A DNA stretch of 64,000 bases from Octopus vulgaris (Eukaryota): positions 17,484,001 through 17,548,000 of the forward strand of contig OX597821.1 in NCBI GenBank assembly GCA_951406725.2, given 5' to 3'. The notes beneath the pieces are model-generated. The model was not told where the DNA came from and did not search any database. It saw only the letters and a program-made list of their open reading frames with translations. The translations under genes were made by a program, and so were the position numbers. How positions within the stretch are numbered: the first letter of the stretch is position 1; the number at the start of each line of letters is the position of its first letter. Of this stretch, positions 52,666-64,000 are shown in pieces.

Positions 52666-53057
52666 GTGGTAAGTAGCTTGCTAACCAACCACATGGTTCC
52701 GGGTTCAGTCCCACTGCGTGGCATCTTGGGCAAGTGTCTTCTGCTATAGCCCCGAGCCGACCAATGCCTTGTGAGTGGATTGGGTAGACGGAAACTGAAA
52801 GAAGCCTGTCATATATATGTATATATATATGTGTGTGTGTGTTTGTGTGTCTGTGTTTGTCCCCCTAGCATTGCTTGACAACCGATGCTGGTGTGTTTAC
52901 GTCCCTGTCACTTAGCGGTTTGGCAAAAGAGACCGATAGAATAAGTACTGGGCTTACAAAGAATAAGTCCCAGGGTCGATTTGCTCGACTAAAGGTGGTG
53001 CTCCAGCATGGCCACAGTCAAATGACTGAAACAAGTAAAAGAGTAAAGAGTAAGAGT
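52666..53057 (+). mobile_element. SINE-A, slightly 5' truncated
   Basis: Starts at GTGGTAAGTAGC, directly after a palindrome. Confidence 0.9.
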
Positions 53058-54709
53058 ATATGTGCATGATGATGATGATGATCATCATCATCATCATCAT
53101 CATCATCGATATTAGTGTTTCAAGTAATTTGTATTGATTTAAGGTTTTAATCTTACCTTTGGTTAATGGAACAAACAACAAGAATTGTACTTTGTACGTT
53201 GTTTTCACAGCAGTATATTGTCATTCCTGCATCCATATTTTAAATTGTTGATAATACCAGCCAGAAAGTAAAAATATAATTGTGAGGAGACTAATATTTT
53301 ATTTATCTAAATACCAAATCACAAGATCAGTTTCATTAGTTAACTGTCAACAGATGCAGCTTCCTCTCAGTTTTGTCTCATATTTATTTCAGTTACAAAC
53401 TGTTCCTTCCCTACAGTTACTGTGTAATATGTGTATGTATGTATGTGTGTGTTTGTGTGTGCATGCTTATAAGTGACTTTCATTAAATTTGAATAAACTG
53501 GTCTACATTGTTATTTGTTTTTCCATATTTGTCATGAAATATACACATACATACCAACACACACACACACACTTATGTATGTATATGTGTATGTGTGTGC
53601 ATGTGTCTGCATGTGCATTATGGACATAAATTGGAACTGAAAATAAATTTAAATATTACAAAGCCTCACTGAGGATGAATTAAGAATGTAAATATAGTTT
53701 TGGTATACTGCAGGTGTAGACTCATTGCTTGTTGACCACTATTTAAACAAGATATACCCAAATTCTTATATATATGTAGTCATAAATTAGACTGGCACAT
53801 TAGTAGACAGCCTATTTAATGTGCGCATTTGAAAGATCATCATTAAACAATATTCATTTTATGCTCAACAGCATAAACCAGAAGTGATTAAGAAGGAAGC
53901 TGGATATATTTTCTCTGGGGAGTGACCAACAAACCAAGAAACAGTCTGTCAGGAGACTACTTCCTTATTTTTTTCCCTCACATCTGTAGCATTGATTGAA
54001 CGTGTTTGCATTCTTAGTTCATCTAAAGCAAAGTTTTGTAATATTTATATTTATTTTCATTTCCTCTGAATTACAATATAATGTGCATAAGATACATATT
54101 AATTAATATTGAGCTATTAAATGCACAAATATGCAAATTAGGCTATCGATATCTAGTCTAATTTATAACCGCTTTATATAACAGTTGAATATTCTATACT
54201 GTTGATTGGCAAAGGATTCCAGGAAAGAAACAAAATTAATAGTGTGTAATTAATGACTAGCTATCAAATGCACAGCTATGCAAATTAGGTTATCCACTAA
54301 TATCAAAACCTAATTTATGACTAATTTTATTTAGCAGCTGAATGCCTTATTTTGATGGTCTGGGAAGAAAGCAGAGAATGTCTTCTTTGAGAAATAGTCT
54401 ACAAACCAAGAAATGGTCACACTCTCTTCTTTCTACACGTCAGTAGATTAGAAAGAACATGTTTAGATTTTTAATTCAATAACAGTGAATTAAAATATGT
54501 GTGTGTATAGATGTATGTATAAAATGTATATGCACATATAGATACAAACGTGTGTGTATGTGTGTGTGTTTATGTTCTGTTGTGACACATATATCCACAA
54601 GTGCAAGTTTATTCACATGCACAACCTCTTTGTATGAAAATTAATTTTTTCTGTGTACCACACACCTCACCACACACACACATGTACCTACCCCCACACA
54701 CTCAATCAC

Positions 54710-54750
<41 letters not shown>

Positions 54751-54828
54751 TTATCTCTATTGTTCCCAATCACAGTTGTCTGCTTTTATTTCAATCTGAT
54801 TATTTATTTTTTGCTCTCATTTTTTAAG

Positions 54829-54935
54829 GACCTTCAAGATCTGGATGATGAATTCAAAGAAAACCACATCGAAATTGTAACCCGATTCTACCAGGCATTT
54901 TCCTGTATTCACAAATATGTTTCTGATTTCAACAG
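54829..54935 (+). CDS. WASHC5: WASHC5/strumpellin second coding exon (107 nt, phase 0 to phase 2)
   Basis: [36 protein letters not shown] continues the strumpellin sequence in frame (human [36 protein letters not shown]). Acceptor TTTTTAAG ends at 54828 and donor GTTTGT starts at 54936. I found no further exon in the window. Confidence 0.93.
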
Positions 54936-55569
54936 GTTTGTTTGTCTCATCCTTTCTTTACAAGCAGTTTCTTGTTCTTTTATATGTTGAGTTCTGCACT
55001 AGAGAAATACTCCACTCATATTCATGTAACCATATACCATTATTTCCTTGGTACCTATCATCATCACCATCATTTTATTCCTATTTTCCACACTGATGGA
55101 TTGTCTGTCAGAATCAACACATATTCAGAGTAAATACTTGCCTAGACATTTTAGGGAACCTCATCTCTTTCATGTTTCATTTTTTGGTTTTCTTTCTTCT
55201 ACTGGATGTCTCTCCTAATTACTTTACACAGTGCAGTGCGTATTTTTCCTGGCTCTAGAGCACTGTCATGTCCTCATAATCTCACACTTTACTGAGTATA
55301 CTAGTTATACTTTTCAGGATACCAGCACTAGAGAGAAAACCATGTCATGAACGGGACTAAAAGGACCCCACAACTCTAGTGAAAAATCGCACCTCATATT
55401 CCACTTTGCAAGGTGGTTGATGTTAGGAAGGGCATCCAGCTGTAAAAAGCCATGCCAAAACAGACACTGAAGCTTGGTGATTGCATTCTGCCCAGCCAGC
55501 ACCTGTCAAACCATCCAATGCATGCCAGCATGGAAAGTGGATGTTAGATGATGATGATGATTCCATAAG

Positions 55570-55800
55570 GCAGCGAGCTGGCAGAATCATTAGCACGCCG
55601 GGTGAAATGCTTATCGGTATTTTGTCTGCCGTTACGTTCTGAGTTCAAATTCCGGCGAGGTTGACTTTGCCTTTCATCCTTTCGGGGTCGATTAAATAAG
55701 TACCAGTTACGTACTGGGGTCGATATAATCGACTTAATCTGTTTGTCTGGCATTGTTTGTCCTCTCTGTGTTTAGCCCCTCGTGGGTAGTAAAGAAAGAG
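55570..55800 (+). mobile_element. SINE-B
   Basis: Near-identical to 40494-40722. TSD ATTCCATAAG at 55560-55569 and 55801-55810. Confidence 0.9.
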
Positions 55801-56624
55801 ATTCCATAAGTGCTTGTTGTGACATATACTCTGGCACTTTGCATGCACATGCACACACACATGCACATATCTATGTATCATGATTATTTTTTCCTAATTG
55901 TTTATTACTTTGACCTTAGTTAAAAAACAAAGAAGCAGCCTTTAGGATGAGCAGAATGTGTAGATTTGTTTTATGGTTCTTAAAATATATCTGAGTTTGA
56001 GTGAGGGTTAAATTACAGGCTGTGTTCAAGTTAAATCGTCCAACCCATGCTAGCTTGGAAAGCGGATGTTAAACAATGATGATGATGATGATGATATATC
56101 TATTACATCATCATCATCATCGTTTAACATACGCTTTCCATGCTAGCATGGGTTGGACGATTTGACTGAGGACTGGTGAACCAGATGGCTTGCACCAGGC
56201 TCCAGGCAAATTTTCTACAGCTGGATGCCCTTCCTAACACCAACCACTCTGAGAGTGTAGTGGATGCTTTTACATGCCACCGGCATGAGGGCCAGTCAGG
56301 CAGTACTGGCAATGGCCACACTCAAATGGTGTTTCTTATGTGCCACCTGCATAGGAGCCAGTCCAGCAGCACTGGCAATGACCTCGCTCAAATGTTTTTT
56401 CACGTGCCAGTAAGGTGACACTGGTAACGATCACACTCTAATGGTGCTTTTAGCTGCTCTGGCAGTGATCATGCTCGGATGGTGCTCTTAGTGCTCCACT
56501 AGCAGAGATGCCAATGTGTGTGAAATCATGTAACCTGAGGTAGCTGTAATGCAAGGTATGACGGTTTGTGCATATATGCATGAGTGTATATAAAACATAA
56601 CGTCAGGAAGTATGAAAGGTGAAT

Positions 56625-56841
56625 ATACTTTTCTACTCTAGGTACAGGACCTGAAATTTTTGTGGGAGGGGGCCACTCGATTAGATTGACCCCAGTATGC
56701 AACTGGTACTTAATTTATTGATCCCCAAAAGGATGAAATACAAAATCAACCTTGGTGGAATTTGAACTCAGAACATAAAGACAGATGAAATACCACTAAG
56801 CAGTTTGCCCAGCATGCTAACATTTCTGCCAGCTTGCCACC
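56625..56841 (-). mobile_element. SINE-B
   Basis: TSD TATGAAAGGTGAAT at 56611-56624 and 56842-56855. Confidence 0.85.
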
Positions 56842-56901
56842 TATGAAAGGTGAATGTAGATTTAACCATGTGACCATATGACTTCAATAGAATTATGACC
56901 T

Positions 56902-57057
56902 GGAGTGGCTGTGTGGTAAGTAGCTTGTTTACCAACCACATGGTTTCGGGTTCAGTCCCACTGCGTGGCACCTTGGGCAAGTATCTTCTACTATAGCCTC
57001 GGGCCGACCAAAGCCTTGTGAGTGGATTTGGTAGACGGAAACTGAAAGAAGCCCGTC

Positions 57058-57092
<35 letters not shown>

Positions 57093-57314
57093 TGTGTATG
57101 TTTGTGTGTCTGTGTTTGTCCCCCTAGCATTGCTTGACAACCGATGCTGGTGTGTTTATGTCCCCGTTACTTAGTGGCTCGACAAAAGAGACCGATAGAA
57201 TAAGTACTGGGCTTACAAATGAATAAGTCCCGGGGTCGAGTTGCTCGATTAAAGGCGGTGCTCCAGCCTTTATGACTGAAACATGACTGAAACAACTAAA
57301 AGAGTAAAAGAGTA
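56902..57314 (+). mobile_element. SINE-A
   Basis: Homologous to 4698-5121. Confidence 0.9.
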
Positions 57315-57663
57315 TTTCACACCCTACTTCAAGGAATATTAGTTTCAGTATGCCAGAAATTGTGTATACATATATGCAGTAATATGTGCGCTCAACATTA
57401 TACAATTGTATATTCACAAATTAATGCATATAGAGAAAGCTAGCTCATCAAATTACCAGAACATCATGGTTACATCAATGGTTCAACTAATATACTCTTC
57501 ACAGAATAATTTTATCGCTTGGATTTCTTAAATTTTCAGCTACAACTACACATAACAGTATACTACATTGTAATCGGTTGCGCTGGGGACTAAGATCCAA
57601 GTCTGTACGAGGTGCTTACCATGATAGGTGCATGATTCTCTAAATCCATATCTTACACAACTC

Positions 57664-57696
<33 letters not shown>

Positions 57697-57698
<2 letters not shown>

Positions 57699-58400
57699 AG
57701 CAAAACGTCCCCCGTCCAATGGACAGTGCTGAGTTGTCAAACATTTAAACCAAATTTTCTCAAAACAACTTGTCTGACCATCCCATAGTCCCCCCTCCCC
57801 CAGCAAGAAGCACTGATTTAACTTAAATTTAAGGCATCAGCAAGAGAAGAAATAAAGATAACCTATTTTTCTATTCCAAAGAAAAACGATTTTATTCATA
57901 CAAATATGCAACTGAAGAGTTTGAAGTACCAGTAATGATAAGGCTGTTGACTGGGAGAACACAAACATAGTTTAAATAGTAAGCTTGGCAGGAAAGAAAT
58001 GTGCTTTTAAGCAGTACAAAAACAACAAAAAATGTAAGGTGCAGTTATGTACAGGTTGATGGAAGAAAAGCAGGACAAAAACAATTCATGCAAATAGGTT
58101 AGCTGGAGGTAAATCTAGATGGAAAAGCATGATGATTTTTTTGCGCAAACTACACATGCATTTTTCTCACGTACACATAGTATCGATCGCAACAGCTGAT
58201 GTACTTGTATGTACAAATGTACATTCCCATGGCTTTATCGATCGCATTCTCACCTGGAATCAATTTTTGTAATTTTTTCAAGACTTATACATGCCCTGAT
58301 ACCGTCTGTATTTACATATTAAATTTGAGCGCAATCAAATGGAGGATGCCCGAGATCCTAGAAGACATGCACACTGACAGAACGGATTTTATATAATAGA
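57697..58400 (-). mobile_element. Non-autonomous Helitron, second family
   Basis: On the minus strand it reads A|TCTATTATATAAAATCCG... at the 5' end. A subterminal hairpin CTGTCC-ATT-GGACGG (57712-57726) precedes the terminus CTTG|T, a variant of CTAG. Confidence 0.7.
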
Positions 58401-58900
58401 TAACACGTGATCACATGACTAACCAGGCTGTCAGATGTTGTTACACATTGCTGGTCACAGTGCACTTTTTTATTTAACCTTCAAATGATGCTGCCCTGCT
58501 GGCTAGGCAAGCAAGCCAACAATCCCCACTGATCGAAGGGGGACTGAAGCAATATGAAATGAAGTGTTTTGCTCAAGAACACAATGCGCTGCCCAGTTAG
58601 GGAATCAAACCCACAATCTAGAGATTGCAACACCCTAACCACTAGGCCACACAACTTCACACACACACACCACACACACACATCATCATCATCATCATCA
58701 TCATCATTTAACATCTGCTTTCCATGCTGATACAGGTTGCATGGTTTGACAGAGGCTGGCTAGGCAGAAGCTGCACCAGGCTTCAGTGTCTCTTCTGACA
58801 TAGTTTTTAAACATCGATGCTCTTTCTAACACCAACCGTGAATGAGTGGCCAAACAAAAGAAAAGGGCACTCAACACATTTAGTAGGAGTTACATGTATA

Positions 58901-59256
58901 GGCGCAGAAGTGGCTGTGTGGTAAGTAGCTTGCTAACCAACCACATGGTTCCAGGTTCAGTCCCCCTGAGTGGCACCTTGGGCAAGTGTCTTCTGCTATA
59001 GCCCCGGGCCGACCAATGCCTTGTGAGTGGATTTGGTAGACGGAAACTGAAAGAAGCCCGTCATATATATGTATATATATGTGTGTGTGTCTGTGTTTGT
59101 CCCCCTAGCATTGCTTGACAACCGATGCTGGTGTGTTTACGTCCCCGTTACTTAGTGGTTCGGCAAAAGAGACCGATAGAATAAGTACTGGGCTTACAAA
59201 AGAATAAGTCCTGGGGTTGATTTGCTCGACTAAAGGTGGTGCTCCAGCATGGCCGC
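58901..59256 (+). mobile_element. SINE-A lacking the tail
   Basis: Homologous to 4698-5086. Confidence 0.88.
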
Positions 59257-59580
59257 AAAAGTTTCACAGGCCTCGAGCCATCTTGGACTTTTTCTATCTC
59301 TCCATTTAGTAATCCAAAAGTCTGAAAGAGATGGGCTTTTATTAGAGACCTGTAGAGCTTTAAGACACATGTAACCAAATCAAACTGTTTTAAATACTAT
59401 ATATATATATATATATAGGTGAAGGTGTAGTGCATGATTAAGAAACTTGCTTCCCACCCACTTGGTTCTAGGTTCAGTTCTACTGTGTGGCACCTTTGGC
59501 AAATGTCTTCTCCCAAAGACTTGGGCCAACAAAGTCAACAAAAGACTTGTAATTGAATTTGGTCAGCAGAAACTGAAAGT

Positions 59581-59820
59581 GCATTTGAGGGTGGCAAGCT
59601 GGCAGAAACATTAGCACGCTGGGTGAAATATTTAGTGGTATTTCTTCTGCCGCTACGTTCTGAGTTCAAATTCCGCCAAGGTCAACTTTGCCTTTCATCC
59701 TTTCGAGGTCGATAAATTAAGTATCAGTTACAGACTGGGGTCGATGTAATCAACTTAATCCCTTTGTCTGTCCTTGTTTGACCCCTCTATGTTTAGCCCC
59801 TTGTGGGCAATAAAGAAATA
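59581..59820 (+). mobile_element. SINE-B inserted into an old SINE-A
   Basis: TSD AGAAACTGAAAGT at 59568-59580 and 59821-59833. Confidence 0.85.
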
Positions 59821-60437
59821 AGAAACTGAAAGTCCATCATATATATGTGTATGTGTTTGGTGTCACATTGCTTGATTGGTGTGAACAGGTGTCACTGTCA
59901 TGCAAGGGGTATCCTTTGTTATCAATCTTCTGAGTAAAATATGTCCAGCCAAGAGGAAATATTACCTTGAAAACAGGAAAGGGCTGGCAACAGGAAGGAC
60001 ATCCAGCCATTGAAAGTCTGCCTCAACACATTCCGTCCAACCCATGCGTGTACGGAGCAGTGGAATTCAAATCGCTGCCAATGATGTTGATATGTACAAA
60101 TACATATGCATACATATATGTATATCTGTGTATATAAATATATATGCATGTATATCATCATCATCATCATCATCATCGTTTAGCGTCCGCTTTCCATGCT
60201 AGCATGGGTTGGACGGTTCAACTGGGGTCTGGGAAGCCAGAAGCCTGCACCAGGCCCAGTCTGATCTGGCAATGTTTCTACGGCTGGATGCCATTCCTAA
60301 TGCCAACCACTCCGTGAGTGTAGTGGGTGCTTTTTACGTGCCAGAAGAGCCTGGCAAATGGCCACGATCGGATGGTGCTTTTTACGTGCCACTGGTATGG
60401 GGGGGCTGGGCGAGGCTGGCAACGGCCATGAACGGAT

Positions 60438-60511
<74 letters not shown>

Positions 60512-60822
60512 CACACACACACACACACATACATTGAGGCACCAGTTTACAATATTTACAGGTTGCTTTGCGTTCCTTTCTTTCATATCACACTGTCCCA
60601 TAATATATTCTCTTTCATCCTCTTTGCTTTATTTTGTCCCTATATTCCCTTGTTTACCCACATATCCCCACACCTCACATATGTAATAAACATAAACTCT
60701 TGAACACCTGCTTTTTTTTATTTAAATATAAATCTGCACAAACGAGTACTACACTCTGTATGTATAAGGAGAGAGAGATATATATTTTATATATAAGTAT
60801 ATATATATATGTATATACATAG

Positions 60823-60854
<32 letters not shown>

Positions 60855-60855
<1 letters not shown>

Positions 60856-61276
60856 TCAATAATAACAAAGGGTAAAATTAGTTAATTTAGAAGTAATCAA
60901 TAATTTCACCAAGTAGAATTCGGTATGAAAAAAGGACTGTTTCACGGCAAACTTAGGTAATACTAATAAAAGGGTTCAGCAAAGATTTGCTTCACCACAC
61001 ACCGAAGTTAAGAAATAGCAGCCAAAAATCTTAGCTATTTCTTCTACTTTAAAAAGGGTCTTCCAGAGAAACCAAAATACTTGAAGGTTATTCACACAGG
61101 CAGAGAATAAAGCAACGAAAATCAATCAATATCTGGTCGTCCATGGACGCGCGTTTCAAGTATTTTGGTTTCTCTGGAAGACCCTTTTTAAAGTAGAAGA
61201 AATAGCTAAAAGTTTTGGCTGCTATTTCTTAACTTCGGTGTGTGGTGAAGCAAATCTTTGCTGAACCCTTTTATTA

Positions 61277-61280
<4 letters not shown>
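60855..61280. mobile_element. Foldback element in (TA)n, family F1, second copy
   Basis: An unpaired segment at 60855-60959 is followed by inverted arms 60960-61085 / 61155-61280. (TA)n lies on both sides. Confidence 0.7.
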
Positions 61281-61325
<45 letters not shown>

Positions 61326-61559
61326 CATGTATGTATATATCATCATCATTATCATTTAACATCCACCTTCCATGTAGGCATGGGTTGGACTAATGCATAT
61401 ATATGTATCTGTGTGTCTGTGTATTTGTCATAAAAGATGTATACACGCACACAAGCATGCATATATACAGATATCTTTATTTAGACGCAAATATAAACAT
61501 GTGACTGCATATGTGTGTCTATATATATATATATATTTGTACATGTACATATATATAAG

Positions 61560-61930
61560 GGCGCAGGAGTGGCTGTGTGGTAAGTAGCTTGCTTACCAAC
61601 CATATGGTTCCGGGTTCAGTCCCACTGCGTGGCATCTTGGGCAGTGGATTTGGTAGACGGAAACTAAAAGAAGCCTGCCGTGTATATATATATATGTATG
61701 TGTGTGTGTATGTTTGTGTGTCTGTGTTTGTTCCCCTAGCATTGCTTGACAACTGATGTTGGTGTGTTTACGTCCCCGTCACTTAGCAGTTCGGCAAAAG
61801 AGACCGATAGAATAAGTACTGGGCTTACAAAAAAGAATAAGTCCCGGGGTCGATTTGCTCGACTAAAGGCAGTGCTCCAGCATGGCCGCAGTCAAATGAC
61901 TGAAACAAGTAAAAGAGTAAAAGAGTAAAG
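61560..61930 (+). mobile_element. SINE-A with internal deletion
   Basis: CTTGGGCA is joined directly to GTGGATTTGG. Confidence 0.88.
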
Positions 61931-62451
61931 AGAGATATATATAACTAGATATAGGTACATACACACACAGATAAATAGACAGACAGACAGACAGATAAAT
62001 AGATAGATAGGTAGGTAGGTAAGTAGGTAACTAACTAACTAGATATAGATATTATATAACCCATACCAACATGGAAAAAGAACTACTGTAAAATATGTTG
62101 GTACATATATACTACTAACACACAAACACACACACAGTTTTAAAGCTGTATTATCATCAGCCAACTAAACAGCACTCTATACTCTATCTGGCAGGGAGCC
62201 AAATCCCAGATGACCAACACAAGGGCTGACCAGAAATACTATGCCGTGCGATCATCGCTGTTCAGTACTGGCCTATTGATCATGTTCTTGCACCAACCTG
62301 TCGTTAAAGCAGGCTTTTTGCGGTCACTGAAACATATATTTATGAAAGGTATCTATTTCAATAGATTAAAAGAGAGTTATTTAGGCTTGGTTAGTAGTTT
62401 TGACTTACAAAGATACACGCACACACACACACACAAATACATATATATTAT

Positions 62452-62482
<31 letters not shown>

Positions 62483-62574
62483 CGTTCGTATGTGTGTGTA
62501 TATTATACACGTCATGTATGTATATACATATATTGACAAAAATAAATAAATAAATAAATATATATATATATATA

Positions 62575-63193
62575 GGCGCAGGAGTGACTGTGTGGTAAGT
62601 AGCTTGCTAACCAACCACATGGTTCCGGGTTCAGTCCCACTGCATGGCACCTTGAGCAAGTGTCTTCTAATATAGCCTCAGGCTGACCAAAGCCTTGTGA
62701 GTGGATTTGGTAGACGCAAACTGGAAGAAGCCTGTCGTATATATGTATATATATGTCATCACCATCACCATCACGTGACCGACCAGTCCATCAGATGTAG
62801 TTACACATCGCTGGTCACAATGCGTTCGCATTGTTTTAGCCTTCGAATGACGCCACCCCGCTGGCTAAGCGAGCAGGCCAACAGAAGAAAGAGTGGTGAA
62901 AGAGTACAGCAGGGATCACCACCCCCTGCCGGAGCCTCGTGGAGCTTTTAGGTGTTTTCGCTCAATAAACACTCACAACGCCCGGTCTTGGAATCTAAAC
63001 CGCGATCCTACGACCGCGAGTCCGCTGCCCTAACCACTAGGCCATTGCGCCTCCACACATATATATATATATGTGTGTATATGTTTATGTGTCTGTGTTT
63101 GTACCCCCAACATTGCTTGACAACCAATGCTGGTGTGTTTATGTCCCTGTAACATAGCAGTTCAGCAAATGAGACTGATAGAATAAGTACTAG
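62575..63193 (+). mobile_element. SINE-A interrupted by a SINE-C in its internal microsatellite
   Basis: The head is 62575-62755 and the body resumes at about 63060. Confidence 0.85.
62756..63056 (-). mobile_element. SINE-C type 2 (same head, different 3' half). A decayed relative lies at about 58405-58650.
   Basis: Minus strand begins GTGGAGGCGCAATGGCCTAGTGGTTAGGGCAGCGGACTCGCGGTCG and ends in a GTGATG-type tail. Confidence 0.85.
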
Positions 63194-63209
63194 ACTCCAT
63201 TATTTAATA

Positions 63210-63385
63210 GTTTCTTTAATAGGATGTTGTGGTTAAGCTTGTCAAAGGTCTTATTGAAGATCAGGTAGATGAAATCTGCATTGGAGCCTTCTCCCACAGC
63301 CTTAGGATGTCATGAAAGTGATGCAAGACCTGTGTTGGGCCAGTCTTGCCATCATGGAAACCATACTGGTTAAGTTAGTAAAAGT
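63210..63385 (-). mobile_element. Decayed CR1-type RT fragment
   Basis: Minus-strand frameshifted translation NQYGFHDGKT..QVLHHFHDIL..EGSNADFIYLIFNKTFDKLNHNILLKK resembles QHGF..GRS......D.IYLDF.KAFD.V.H..LL.K. Confidence 0.7.
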
Positions 63386-63417
63386 TAATTATCTTCTCAA
63401 GTCATACCGACTATTAA

Positions 63418-63617
63418 CCCTTTAGTATTCAGATTACTCTGTTAAATGTAATAGTTTTTCACTCAAATTGTTTTGAATTAATCATGCATTATCTTATAGT
63501 TTTGAGGTTTCAATGATGTGATAGTTTATTTTTAGAATATCAATGTAGGTTAGGTGTGAGAGGCTAGATATCACCAGTTTGAATATAAAACATACAGAAT
63601 ATTTGGGCTGGATATGG
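63418..63617 (-). mobile_element. Same MITE family, truncated
   Basis: TTAA-CCCTTTAG start, with the body aligning to 38456-38660. Confidence 0.7.
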
Positions 63618-64000
63618 TTAAGGGCTAGTTTCCCGGTTTCATGGAGTATAAATTCCATACATGGATGGGACACCAGTCCATTGCAATGTTACTCATTTTT
63701 GCCAGCCAAGTGGACTGGAGTAACATGAAATGAAGTGTTTTAGTCAAAAACACGTGCGACCTAGTCTAAGAATTGAAACCACAATCATACAATCATGAGT
63801 CCAACATCCTAACAACCAAGCCACATATCTCCACGTGTTGGTTTGGAATAAGTAGACTGTTACTTTCCAGAAAATGAGTTACTTGAGATCTCACCACTCT
63901 CTCATAATTTGTTGCCCTTTTGAAAACTGGGACGATCAACTGAGATAGGATTTGTTCAGGAATATAGCCAGCATCCGGTGATTTCCTCCAGAGAATAGCT

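Noticed and set aside
56030-56170. Another foldback element
   Set aside because: It is better explained as two independent RTE 3' tips inserted tail-to-tail, because the arms are diverged and each has its own tail.
54936-64000. Third WASHC5 coding exon (expected YLDDL.EGVYIQQT-like)
   Set aside because: I did not find it by eye or in the ORF track. It probably lies beyond the window, though a short exon could have been missed.

Overview
This is eukaryotic, AT-rich, repeat-dominated DNA. The microsatellite load, tRNA-derived SINE families and RTE elements with (TGA)n tails suggest an octopus or other coleoid cephalopod (inference). The only host coding sequence I can support is the first two coding exons of WASHC5/strumpellin (49200-49424 and 54829-54935, + strand). 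The rest is intron or intergenic DNA. It contains two 5'-truncated RTE LINEs with a PHD finger embedded in the RT region, CR1 and RTE relics, and more than 20 copies of one SINE plus two other SINE families. It also holds TTAA piggyBac-type MITEs and two non-autonomous Helitrons. The most unusual signal is a set of short foldback elements sitting in (TA)n tracts, each built as a long inverted repeat plus an unpaired tail. Several carry intact-looking, variant or decayed minimal hammerhead-ribozyme motifs, which fits Penelope-like pseudo-LTR derivatives. Most ORFs in the supplied track are microsatellite or SINE artefacts. Repeat boundaries were read by eye and are approximate to a few bp.
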